Origin: Selaginella moellendorffii
Taxonomy: Eukaryota > Plantae > Lycopodiophyta
Direction: 5' to 3'
Length of the DNA stretch: 64,000 bases
Assembly: GCF_000143415.4 (NCBI RefSeq)
Contig: NW_003314351.1
Location: forward strand, 355,501-419,500
The translations under genes and the position numbers were made by a program. Below the pieces are notes generated by a model. It had not been told where the DNA came from. It worked only from the letters and a program-made list of their open reading frames with translations, and ran no database searches. Of the stretch, positions 34,401 through 47,162 are shown piece by piece. Positions within the stretch are counted from its first letter, which is position 1. Every line of letters starts with the position of its first letter.

Positions 34401-37379
34401 TAGACTATATGGTAATTGAAGAGCTTGCGAATGGAAAGACCTTAGCAAGCTAAGGAACAAAGTTCCTTGAACGTTCCCCTAGGTAGATAAGTACCTAGAC
34501 ATCCAAGTGTAAATAGTTTATAGAGTGCGCGAAATCAGAGTGGCACAGCAGAAGCGTGGCCTTGAAGCTTGCCAAGAGGCGAGGCTATCAAGGTTAGGGA
34601 AGTAGTTCCCGAGTGTTTACAGAGAGGGCTTTGAATGAAAATCGATGGTTAAGGATTTTCACGCTTATGCATGAACCATGTTACAATGGTCGGATGACTT
34701 GCTAAGTGAGATTGGCAAGTCAGGGGAACGAATACCCTAGTTGAAGGAGCCAACTTCAAAAGGGGTGGCCCATGGGGCCAAGCATGGAGGAGTTCATGCA
34801 TGATCACAGACTGGTCAAGTGAGAAGACTTGGCAGTGCGGAGGAACTAGGTTCCTAAGCGGTGATCTGTAGCGCGCTTTAAAAAATAAGTTGGTGCACTG
34901 GCGTGGAGAGTCACGCCAGGCATCCTATGTGATGCCGTCCGTAGATGCATATACGGAGGTTGGGTTCGAGTCCCAACCCTTTAGTACTTGGGTTCGAGTC
35001 CCAAATCACTAGGGCATAGTGATGGTTTGGAAAATGAGGACACTCATTTTTCGGTGGTCATGGACTCTTAGTGAGGAGACTGGTTTGGGCACACCGCCAA
35101 GCGAGGGATGCCTCGGAGTCATGATGCACGGTTAGATTTCTTAGTGTGAAAGCTCGGCATATCTAACTTGAACGCTTTGGTGCAAGTGGCACCAAGGACG
35201 CGGTGAGTGAGATGGGGACACCTAATCTCAGTTGCTATGAACCCTTGGCCGTAAGGGCTGGCTTGGGTGCACCGCCAAGTGTGGGGGATGCCCCCGGGGT
35301 TATGGTCAACAACTTGAAGGTCTAGAAGACCAAGTACCTCTTGGCAACTCTGTTAAGGTGCCAAGGTGAGATCACTAGGTGATCTTATGGCCAAATAAGG
35401 ACAAGGTCCTTGGTTGGCTAAGGAATGAAGTTCCTAGTTCAAAATATTAAATTGAACTATTTAAGATGGTGTGGCTTGGTCAAGATGAGCAAGTGAGAAG
35501 AGCACCTAAAGGAAATAAGTTGTGTCCGTGCGAAGGCATAGTGAGTCCGAGGAAAGTGATCTCTATAAGAGACCCATGGGAGGGTCACGAAGTTGGGCCG
35601 TGGATAGAGCCCATAGCAGAAGATGTTAAAGAAACGTACTAGGGGTGAACATCCTCCGGACTTGGCAAAGAAGAGTCTTTACTATAGAATCGAAAGGATA
35701 CTTAGAAAATGGAGGTAGCGATCCTATGTTGCTGGGTGCAACAATCAAGGATAGGAGCAAAGGACTAGTGGCCAAGTTTGGGCCATGGAATTTAATGGAA
35801 GGGATCCAAATGGCAAAATTAGCCAAGGAACACTAATGTGTTTGATGCTAACAGCTTGTGGGAAAGGAAGTGGACTTCCAAGGATGGATTCATAAGTGCT
35901 CCAATTTGGCGAAGTAAAAGCTCCAAGTGAAGGAGCGGCAAAGTAGCCAAAAGATAAGGCCATGGACAGCCCTAGCACAAAATATGATAACTAGAACTCA
36001 GTGCCAAAGGTGGCATGAAATCGAACAGAGGATGATGGTGCCCTCAAGTGGAGAACTTCCTAGGATGAAGAAGTGGAGTTGCACAATATGTTATTGCAAT
36101 GCAAGGTGTCGGAGACACCTAGGAAATTGACTTCAAAAAGTCAGAATTAAAAGTTCCAAAGTGCAAGGGTTATAGCGCTGGAAAGTGAGACCACTCAAGA
36201 ACAAGTAGTGGGATCGAGTTAGAGAAGGTGTCTCTAACAGGTTTAGTCAGAACTAAACCAATAAAAGGAGAGAACCACCACAAATGGTCAAATGAGCCTT
36301 TAAGTTGGAGAGGCTATGCTCCTTAGAGGATGGACAAGGCATGGTGAGCCTTTGGTGTCAAACCATAGACAGATATTGGCTAGGTGCCAAGGATGGAAAT
36401 GGTAACAAATGCGGGTATTACTTTATGAAAGGGTTTACCGTTCGATAAGGACATCGAACTTCGTCTATGGGTGGTGGAGTTGTGAGACACAAAATCCCTA
36501 GGCCCCAAAGTGGAGCCGGAAGGGTGCCATGTGCTGGTGGCCAAAGCGAAAACCAAACGAGCGTAACACGTTTGGACTAAAAGCTTCGACTTGAAAAGGT
36601 TGAGAGTGGGAGTGGAACTCCCAACGAAGTGCTTGAGGAACGAGCACAAAGCGAGCAAAAAATGAGACTCCAAAAAGGGACCCAAAAGGACCAACACATG
36701 ACACATGGAAGTGGAGTCCGAGAAAGACCCCGAGATGGAGTCCAAGGTGGAGTCCAAGGTGGACCCAAGATGGAGTCCGAGATGGATCCGAGATTGAGTC
36801 CGAGACAGACCCGAGATGGAGTCTAAGATGGACCCGAGATGGAGTCCGAGATGGAGTCTGAGGTGGAGTCCGAGGTGGACCCGAGATGGACCCGAAATGG
36901 AGTCCGAAATGGAGTCCGAGATGGACCCGAGATGAAGTTTGAGGTGGAGTCCGAAGTGGAGTCCGAGGTGGACCCGAGATGGACCCAAAATGGAGTCCAA
37001 GATGGAGTCTGAGATGGACCCGAGATGGAGTCCGAGATGGACCCGAGATGGACCCAAGATGGAGTCCGAAGTCGAGACCGAGATCGAGACCGAGGCTGAG
37101 GCCGAGACCGAGCCCAAGCCCAAGTCCAAGTCCGAGTCCCAGTCCGAGTCCCAATCCGAGTTCGAGTTTGAGAGGGTGAAAGCCCAAAGCATTCGTCTCC
37201 CGGACCCTAGGGGGTTTGGTGAGCTCCAAAAGTATAGTAGGGGGAGGACTGCAATGGAGCCAGTTTGGCCAGGAAAGGCCAGTTTGGCCTAGGAAGGCCA
37301 TACCCAGTGTTGGGTGATGAGCTGACCACTGGGAAGTCCAAGACTAGAGTGAACACAGACCGAGAAGCAGGGTAGTTTG

Positions 37380-40300
37380 TGTAAGCCACAAATTTTTCCT
37401 TTCCAATTTGCTAGCTTACCTCGACTATCCGTCCAACACTGCCTTGGCTTTTGCTAAGTTCCCTTGCCAAGGTTCTCGCCTATGGTACCAGCTCCTACTT
37501 GGTTTCAGCTACTCACTGCACGAGAAACGGAGTGTTAACCATCCATCTACGGATTCCCAAATCACTCCCAATCCCCCTCCCCGGGTTAGACTAGACTTAA
37601 GGTTCGGCTACACTCCCTGCAAGCACAAGCAGCCAAGCACACCAAACTTCCAGGTTCCTAACATCCCTTGGTACCACAAGACTTGATCATGGGACCCTCT
37701 AAATCCCAAGTCTTGAGTGCAACACTTGCTTCGGGACGCCGGGGCGGAACACCATGGCCTAGCAGCCCGGTATGGGTACCTCTACCCCCCCACTTCCATC
37801 CCGAAGGAAGGTCCAAGCCCCTAGGAAGGGCGAGGACCAATGAGCCGCATGGTACTCAAGTGGGGCACCACTCCACGTGAGCCGGGAGCACCGCAATCGG
37901 TTTCCCTTTCGGGAGTGGGAGCTGCTCTTGAGCACTTCCTTGGATGGCCCCTCCGGCACCAGCCAAGTCCATGCTCACTCCCACCCAAGGCCCCTCTGTC
38001 CCAGTCTCAACCTCAAGTCGGTTTGGAAGCCCAATTGGAGAGTCCCTTCAAAATTGGTTCCTAGACCTCACTATCCCTACTATACTTTTGGAACCCCCTG
38101 CAGCCCCCCCCCCCCCGGGAGACGCACGCTTTGGGCTTTCACCCCTTGACCCGTATTAGTATTTGGACTTAGTCTCTGGCTCGATCTCAGACCCGATTTC
38201 GGATCCGACTTCGGATTCGGTCTCGGACTCGATCTCGGACTCTATCTCAAACTCGGTCTTCGAGTCGGTCTTGGACTCGATCTTTGACTTGGTCCCATCC
38301 GATAAACTCTTTGTCATTTTGGTCATGCTTTCGGGGTTCCTTTAGCCTACGACACCTCGGCAAGTTGGTTCCTTACAACTCCACCACCCATAGAAGAAGT
38401 TCGATGCCCACATCGAATGCCTCTCTTTTGATCCTGCGACTTGTTGACCATGTCTCCGGGGGCATCCCCCCACTTAGCGGTGTGCCTAAATTAGCCTCCC
38501 TGGCCAAGAGCCCATGACAACGGAGTATAGGTGTCCCTATACTCCTCACCTCACCACGCCCTAGTATGGGGTCGGGACTTGAACCCAATCTTGCTTTACT
38601 AGGGGGTTGGGACTCGAACCCAACCTCCGTAGAATACGTCTACGGATTCGACATCCCCGCAGGGAGTCGGCCTGGTTGACCTAGCTAACCCATGCTAATT
38701 AGCTTACCTTCGGCACGCCTTTGAGTCCTAACATATGCCATTGCTCAACTTCTCAAATTGATATTTTTAATTGAACTTTGCATAAGTACATAGAGTTCTG
38801 CCTTGCAGAAATTCTTCCACTAGATCTCGCGCGTTCGCTAGGTTCTCCTCCGGTTCCCATGTTGCTTCGCAGTGTGGAAATCCTTTCCACTTCACATGGA
38901 ACTCTCTCACCTCACGTCCTTGTCACTTGCTCTTGCGCGCATTGAGGATGGCCTCGACTTCGTATTCCTCTTCCCCTTGGATAACCTCGGGTAAAGGTCT
39001 TACTTGGTCCTTGCGAAGCGGGTCCTCAAAATACGGCTTGAGTAAGTTCACGTGGAACACGGGATGCATCTTCCCCATCTCTCGAGGAAGTCGGAGACGG
39101 TAAGCCACTTTACCGATTTGAGTCTCAATCTCGTAAGGCCCCGCGAATCTGCTTAAGGAACTCTAGATCAATTCATTTACAGGAATACATGCATTTTTAC
39201 CTTTGGGTCAACTTCCGGCTGATCCCACTTGGTAGCCTGAGGTTCTTGGTGTTCAGCCACACCTTCTCCCTAGCTTGGAACTCTACGTCCCGGCGCTTCT
39301 GGTTCGCGTACTTGGTTTGCCTTTGTTGCGCCCGTTCCAAGGAATCCCTCACTAGATTCCAAATGTTGAGTCTTTCTGCCGTGAATGCCTCCACTGCGAG
39401 TAGCTCTCCATGATACTCGGCCACGCCGAGTTCCATAGGACCTTCAATAGCTCGCCCATTGATGACTTCCCATGGACTCACCCCGATGCTCAAATGTGGT
39501 GAGTTGTTATAACACATTTCCACAAGTCCCAAATGACTTACCCAATCGGTCTGGTCTCCTGAGACATAGCATCGCAAATAATCCTCCAGCTGCCTATTCA
39601 CCCTTTCCGTTTGTCCGTCTGTCAAGAAGTGTTAGTGCCATCAACTTGACTCAATACCCCATACCTGTCTGTGGGTGATAGGTTGTGCTGAATTTCAACT
39701 TGGTGCGATACTGTTCCAGGAGGGTTCTCCAGAACCTACTGGTGAAGATTTTATCTCGATCTGAGATAATCTCTTCTGGCCTTCCCCGCACTCGAACTAC
39801 TTGTTCAAAGAATAGCTTCGCCACACCTTCCGCATCCACTTCCGTTGTGGTGGGTATAAAATGTGCCATCTTCGAAAATCGATCCACCACCATGAATATC
39901 GCATCAAACCCCTCGCTTGGGGGTAGTCCCGTGATAAAGTCCATTGTAAGACATTTCCACGGACGATCTGGAATTGGGATGCTTTGCAACAAGCCCCCAC
40001 TAGCCTTAGTCACGGCTTTGACCTGCTGACATGTTGGACATGTCTTTACATAGTCTTGGACGTCCTTAGCCATATCTGGCCAATGGTACTTCCTCTTGAG
40101 TAAGCCCATCGTCTTTTGCACTCTGCCGTGTCCCGCAAGAGGTCCGTCATGACACTCTTTTAAGGCTACCTTCCTTAGTTCCCCTTCTGGAACATACACC
40201 CTCGTTTGCTTGTAATAGATGAGTCGGTTGCGTTCCGCATAGCCCGTTTTCTCTTCCGTTGGCAGCTCACCTCTCTGGTGAGCTTCCCTTGCCTCTAGAT

Positions 40301-42884
40301 TCCTCAGCAACACTTCTTGTGCTAGACCATCGTTCTCATATGCTGTCCACACATCGTCCCAAAAGGTTGTTGTTGCGCTAGATATCGCCAACCTCAAGCT
40401 CGCTTTTCGACTTAGCGCATCCGCCACGATGTTGCTTTTCCCAGGCTTGTACAGAATCTCGCAATCAAACTCGGCCAAGGCATTGGCCCACCGACCTTGT
40501 TTCCCTCTCAGATCGGGCTGTGACAAGAAGTGTTTCGTTGCCACATTGTCCGTATAAACCTTGAAGTGTCTCCCAAGGTAGTGTCGCCACTCCTTGAGCA
40601 CCTTGACCACCGAAAACAATTCCTTCTCATGGGCAGGCCACTTTCGTTGAGCCTTGTCCAACTTCTTTGAGAAGAACGCTACTGGATGGTTGTCTTGCTT
40701 CAAAATTGCGCCCAACGCAAAGTCCGAAGCATTCGTTTCTACCTCAAAGTCCTTACCAAAGTCCGGTAATGCCAACACGGGAGCCTTCCTCAACTTCCCT
40801 TTGAGGTGGACGAATGCCGCCTCACATTCCACTGTCCATATCATCTTCTCTTTTCCTGTTTAGTCCGTTAAGGGCAGGGCTACTCTCGAATAGTGTCTAA
40901 TAAACTTTCGATAGTAGTTGCATAGCCCTAAGAATGCCCTCAACTCATGTACATTCGATGGTCGCTCCCATTCCTGGATCGCTTGGACCTTTTCCGGGTC
41001 CACCTTGAGCCCGTCCTGGCCCACCACATGCCCGAGAAACTTTACCTCTTGTTGAGCAAAGTCACATTTTCTCTCTTTAGCATACAGTTTGTATTCCCTT
41101 AGTTTCTCAAACACCTTCGCCAAGTGTTCGGCATGCTCCTCTAGTGTCTCGCTATAGATCAGGATGTCGTCGATATAGACGACCACGAAGTGATCCAGAT
41201 AGGGTACAAAGATGTGGTTCATCAACGCCGAAAACGTTGCCGGCGCATTGCACAGCCCAAAGGGCATCACCAGAAACTCAAAGCTCCCATACCTCGTTCG
41301 ACAGGTTGTCTTCTCGACATCTTCCTTGGCTACCCTGATCTGGTAGTATCCTGACCTTAGGTCAATCCTCGAGAAGTATTTTGCCTTTCCCAACCTATCG
41401 AAGAGGTCCTCAATCCTTGGCAAAGGGTACTTGTTCTTCTTGGTATACTTGTTGAGCAACCGGTAGTCTATGCACATGCGCATAGATTCATCTTTCTTTT
41501 TCACAAATAGCACCGGCGCCCCATATGGCGACTTGCTCAACCTAACATACCCTTTGTCCACCAACTCCTCTAGTTGGCGCTTGAGCTCCGCAAGTTCTTT
41601 TTCGTTCAATCGATAGGGTGGACGAACCACCGCCTCAGCACCCTCGACCAGCTCAATCTTATGTTCTATCGGTCGTGCGGGGGGCAACCATGCCGGTAGC
41701 TCCTCCGGCATGGTATCCTGGAATTGGTCCAACACCCGCTGGATCACTAAAGGTACTTCTTCTGTTCCTGTCTTTTTGTCACTTCTCACCGAGAGTAAGC
41801 ACAAAAATGTAGCCTTGGTACCTTTAGTGAATTGTCCTCTTGTGGACACCAGGTTCAGGCATGAATCTTTAGCCTTGCATTGCCCTACCTTTAGATCCTA
41901 GGCCTCCACCCTGGATCTTCTTCCTTGGGCATTCGCCAATACCACAAGGTTCCTACCTTGTCCATGTAGGGCTACCACGAACCGATTGAACCAATCCATC
42001 CTGAAGATCACGTCAAATCCCGCCATATCCAACACGGTGAAGTCCATGTCTACTTTCTAAGTCCCTACTTTGACTCTCGCTTGTCGAAGTACCTCATCGG
42101 TGCTTTGGCTACCTTGAACAAACTCTATAGTCCTTGGTTCGCCTAGCCGCTGCACCGTTAGTCCGGCTTGCCGGACTATGTCTGCAGCCACAAAATTATC
42201 CGAAGCACTCGTGTCAATAAGGATCTTAACAAAGCTACCTTCGAGCTTCCCTCGGAGGGCTAGTAGATGTCGCAAACGACTCTCTACCAAAGTTGCTCGT
42301 GTAATGAGTAACTTTGAGTTAAGGACTGGATCACATACCTCAGTTTGGACTTCACCTGACTTGATGGCCATATTGGCTCTGGCCTTCTTCGGGTAGGGAC
42401 ATTCCCTCAAAAAGTGTCCCGCTTCACCGCAGTTGTAGCATACGTTGTTTCCCATGCTACTATATGATTTAACCTTCTTATCCGTGGGTTTGTCTCTTTT
42501 CGCTTGACTCCCCCACGTACTCACTCATTGGCCACCGGATTTGCCTTTCCGGAACCTCGAGGACTCATTCTTAGAGAAACTCTTCTTGAATTTCCCTCTG
42601 CTATACGTTCCTCTTGGTTTGGCCCCTTTGTTAAATGTGGATCCCAACCCCGTCGTGTTCCCCTTTCGCAGGTTATCGTTAAAATGCACCTTGATGGCCG
42701 CATCTAACGCTTCCTTGTAGTTGGTCGGGTTCCAACGCATCACCTCACCGCGAGCCCAAGTTTGCAAACCTGATATGAAGGCATGGAACGCATCCATATC
42801 CCCCATGTCCGTGACAAGTATCCTCTTTGCCATGAACCCATTCACATATTCCTGGATGGTTCCAGTTTGCTTCAGCCTACTCAG
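37380..42884 (-). mobile_element. Family C chromovirus copy C1: 3' LTR 37380-38377, chromodomain-INT-RH-RT-PR and 3' part of gag, interrupted by C2
   Basis: ORFs 38923-39108, 39197-39625, 39651-40844, 40860-41849, 42057-42524. TSD GTTTG (37375) / GCTTG (51023). Confidence 0.93.
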
Positions 42885-45800
42885 TGTAAGCCACAAATTT
42901 TTCCTTTCCAATTTGCCAGCTTACCTCGTCTATCCGTCCAACACCGCCTTGGCCTTTGCTAAGTTCCCTTGCCAAGGTTCTCGCCTATGGTACCAGCTCC
43001 TACTTGGTCTCAGCTACTTACTGCACGAGCAACGGAGTGTTAGCCATCCATCTACGGATTCCCAAATCACTCCCAATCCCCCTCCCCAGGTTAGACTGGA
43101 CTTAAGGTTCGGCTTCACTCCCCGCAAGCACAAGCAGCCAAGCACACCAAGCTTCCAGGTTCCTAACTTCCCTTGGTACCACAAGACTTGATCATGGGAC
43201 CCTCTAAATCCCAAGTCTTGAGTGCAACACTTGCTTCGGGACGCCGGGGCGAAACACCGTGGCCTAGCGGCCCGGTATGGGTACCTCTCGCCCCTCACTT
43301 CCATCCCGAAGGAAGGCCCAAGCCCCTAGGAAGGGCGAGGACCAATGAGCCGCATGGTACTCAAGTGGGGCACCACTCCACATGAGCCGGGAGCACCGCA
43401 ATCGGTTTCCCTTTCGGGAGTGGGAGCTGCTCTTGAGCACTTCCTTGGATGGCCCCTCCGGCACCAGCCAAGTCCATGCTCACTCCCACCCAAGGCGGTT
43501 TTAGGGTTTAGGGTCCCAGTCCCAACCTCAAGTCGGTTTGGAAGCCCAACTGGAGAGTCCCTTCAAAACTGGTTCCTGGACCTCACTATCCCTACTATAC
43601 TTTTGGAACCCCCTGCAGCCCCCCCCCCCTGGGAGACGCACGCTTTGGGCTTTCACCCCTTGACCCGTATTAGTATTTGGACTTAGTCTCTGGCTCGATC
43701 TCGGACCCGATTTCAGATCCGACTTCGGATTCGGGTTCGGACTCGATTCCGGACTCGATCTCGGACCCGATCTCGGACTCGAACTCGGTCTCGAACTCGG
43801 ACTCGAACTTGGCCCCCGAGTCGGTCTCGGACTCGATTCCGGACTCTATCTCGAACTCGGTCCTAGAGTCGGTCTTGGACTCGATCTTCGACTTGGTCCC
43901 ATCCGATGAACTCTTTGTCATTTTGGTCATGTTTTCGGGGTTCCTTTAGCCTACGACACCTCGGCGAGTTGGTTCCTTACAACTCCACCACCCATAGAAG
44001 AAGTTCGATGCCCACATCGAACGTCTCATTTTATCCTACGACTTGTTGACCATGTCTCCGGGGGCATCCCCCCACTTAGCGGTGTGCCTAAGTTAGCCTC
44101 CCCGGCCAAGAGCTCATGACAACGGAATATAGGTGTCCCTATACTCCTCACCTCACCACGCCCTAGTATAGGGTCGGGACTTGAACCTAGCCTTGTTTTA
44201 CTAGGGGGTTGGGACTCGAACCCAACCTCCGTTTGCGGTCAGCACGAAGGGGGGACGTGGATCTGGACGAGATACGACGGAGACGACCGCAGCCGCTTCT
44301 ACTGCAGGCCTAGTCTCACTTTAGATGAGGGAGATCACCACTAGGTAGCATGAGCTTTGGGCAGCATGCCCAATTTTTGTATTAGTCCCTACGGGACATT
44401 GGGGAATGTACATACACGTTTCATCGAACCCAACCTCCGTAGAATACGTCTACGGATTCGACATCCCCGCAGGGAGTCGGGCGTAGCTCCCTACGCCTGG
44501 TCGACCTAGCTAACCCATGCTAATTAGCTTACCTTCGGCGCGCCTTCGGGTCCCAACACATGCCACTTGCTCAACTTTGCAAATTGATATTTTTAATTGA
44601 ACTTTGCATAAGTACATAGAGTTCTGCCTTGCAGAAATTCCTCCACTAGATCTCACGCGTTCGCTAGGTTCTCCTCCGGTTCCCATGTTGCTTCGCAGTG
44701 TGGAAATCCTTTCCACTTCACATGGAACTCTCTCACCTCGCGTCCTTGTCGCTTGCTCTTGCGCACATTGAGGATGGCCTCGACTTCGTATTCCTCTTCC
44801 CCTTGGATAACCTCGGGTAAAGGTCTTACTTGGTCCTTGCGAAGCAGATCCTCAAAGTACGGCTTGAGTAAGTTCACGTGGAACACTGGGTGCATCTTCC
44901 CCATCTCTCGAGGAAGTCGGAGTCGGTAAGCCACTTTACCGATTCGTGCCTCAATCTCGTAAGGCCCCGCGAACCTGCTTAAGGAACTCAAGATCAATTC
45001 ATTTATAGGAATACATGCATTTTACCTTTGGGTCAACTTTCGGCTGATCCCACTTGGTAGCCTGAGGTTCTTGGTGTTCAGCCACACCTTCTCCCCAGCT
45101 TGGAACTCCACATCCCGACGCTTTTGGTTCGCGTACTTAGTTTGCCTTTGTTGAGCCCGTTCCAAGGAATCCCTCACTAAATTCCAAATGTTGAGTCTTT
45201 CCGCCGTGAATGTCTCCACGGCGGGTAGCTCTCCATGATACTCGGCCACGCCGAGTTCCACAAGACCTTCAATAGCTCGCCCATTGATGACTTCCCATGG
45301 ACTCACCCCGATGCTCGAATGTGGTGAGTTGTTATAACACATTTCCGCAAGTCCCAAATGACTTACCCAGTCGGTCTGGTCTCCCGAGACATAGTATCGC
45401 AAATAATCCTCCAGCTGCCTATTCACCCTTTCCGTTTGTCCATCTGTCAAGAAGTGTTAGTGCCATCAATCTTGACTTAATACCCATTACCTGTCTGTGG
45501 GTGATAGGTGGTGCTGAATTTCAACTTGGTGCGATGCTGTTCCAGGAGTGTCCTCCAGAACCTACTAGTGAAGATCTTATCTCGATCTGAGATAATCTCT
45601 TCTGGCCTTCCCCGCACTCGAACCACTTGTTCGAAGAACAGCTTCGCCACACCTTCTGCATCCACGTCCGTTGTGGTGGGTATGAAATGTGCCATCTTTG
45701 AAAATCGGTCCACCACCACGAATATCGCATCGAACCCCTCACTTGGGGGTAGTCCCGTGATGAAGTCCATCGTGAGACATTTCCACGGACGATCTGGAAT

Positions 45801-46567
45801 TGGGATGCTTTGCAACAAGCCCCCACTAGCCTTAGTCACGGCTTTGACCTGCTGACATGTTGGACATGTCTTTACATAGTCTTGGACGTCCTTAGCCATA
45901 TCTGGCCAATGGTACTTCCTCTTGAGTAAGCCCATCGTCTTGGGCACTCCACCGTGTCCCGCAAGAGGTCCGTCATGACACTCTTCTAAGGCTACCTTCC
46001 TTAGTCCCCCTTCTGGAACATACACCCTCGTTTGCTTGTAATAAATGAGTCCGTTGCGTTCCGCATAGCCCGTTTTCTCTTCCGTTGGCAGCTCACCTCT
46101 CTGGTGAGCTTCCCGCGCCTCCAGATTCCTCAACAACACTTCTTGTGCTAGACCATCGTTCTCATATGCTGTCCACACATCGTCCCAGAAGGTTGCTGTT
46201 GCACTGGAGATCGCCAACCTCAAGCTTGCTTTTTGACTTAGCGCATCTGCCACGATGTTGCTCTTCCCAGGCTTGTACAGAATCTCGCAATCAAACTCGG
46301 CCAAGGCATTGGCCCACCGACCTTGTTTCCCTCTCAGGTCGGGTTGTGACAAGAAGTGTTTCGTTGCCACATTGTCCGTGTAAACCTTGAAGTGTCTCCC
46401 AAGGTAGTGTCGCCACTCCTTGAGCGCCTTGACCACCGCAAACAATTCCTTCTCGTGGGCAGGCCACTTCCGTTGAGCCTTGTCCAGCTTCTTCGAGAAG
46501 AACGCTACTGGATGGTTGTCTTGCTTCAAAACTACGCCCAACGCAAAGTCCGAAGCATCCGTGTCTA

Positions 46568-47162
46568 TGTAAGCTCCTGAATTTGGACTTCCCGGGAGGT
46601 CAACCAGCCCAGTACTATTCAAACCCAAGGACGCTTAACCCCAAGTATCCCAAGACCCTTAACCGATTGGAAAAGGGGGTGCACTCTTGTTCATGGGCCC
46701 TTTCCCTCTATATTTGAACCCCTATGGATCGTCTCTCGAGTCGTTCCCTTTGGTTGCTTACAATCCACCACGCTTCCCTGCAAGTTCACGCCCTCGTGAA
46801 CGGAAGCTGAGAGCCGCAGCTCTCCCGAGAGCCTCGCTCTCTTGACACCCTACCCCTCGGGTCGAGCCCAGCGGGAGTAAACTGGACCAACCAGATGTCA
46901 ATCAACATGTGGTGTGATTCCCCTAGCCAACCAACAGAGTCGGACCCGAGACCGCTCCGATACCAAATGTAAGCTCCTGAATTTGGACTTCCCGGGAGGT
47001 CAACCAGCCCAGTACTATTCAAACCCAAGGACGCTTAACCCCAAGTATCCCAAGACCCTTAACCGATTGGAAAAGGGGGTGCACTCTTGTTCATGGGCCC
47101 TTTCCCTCTATATTTGAACCCCTATGGATCGTCTCTCGAGTCGTTCCCTTTGGTTGCTTACA
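46568..47162 (-). mobile_element. Cassandra-type TRIM, 595 bp. Identical 195-bp LTRs (46568-46762, 46968-47162) each carrying a 5S rRNA segment; TSD GTCTA
   Basis: Minus strand GTTAAGCGTCCTTGGGTTTGAATAGTACTGGGCTGGTTGACCTCCCGGGAAGTCC matches the plant 5S internal control region (47/55 against the Arabidopsis sequence as I recall it). iMet PBS, PPT, non-coding interior. Confidence 0.93.

Noticed and set aside
34938-35004. tRNA gene
   Set aside because: T-arm-like hairpins are present but I see no acceptor stem or D-arm; kept only as a structural motif.
40857-40862. Stops in RT/RH (40860, 47409) and chromodomain (38923, 44653) as programmed signals
   Set aside because: Each is private to one copy and explained by C>T at CAA or CGA codons.
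44216-44440. 208-bp segment present in C2 but not C1 as a separate mobile element
   Set aside because: Bounded by a 17-bp direct repeat with no TIR or LTR; best explained by repeat-mediated deletion in C1.
46585-46639. 5S rRNA gene
   Set aside because: Only the central ~55 nt are present, embedded in TRIM LTRs.
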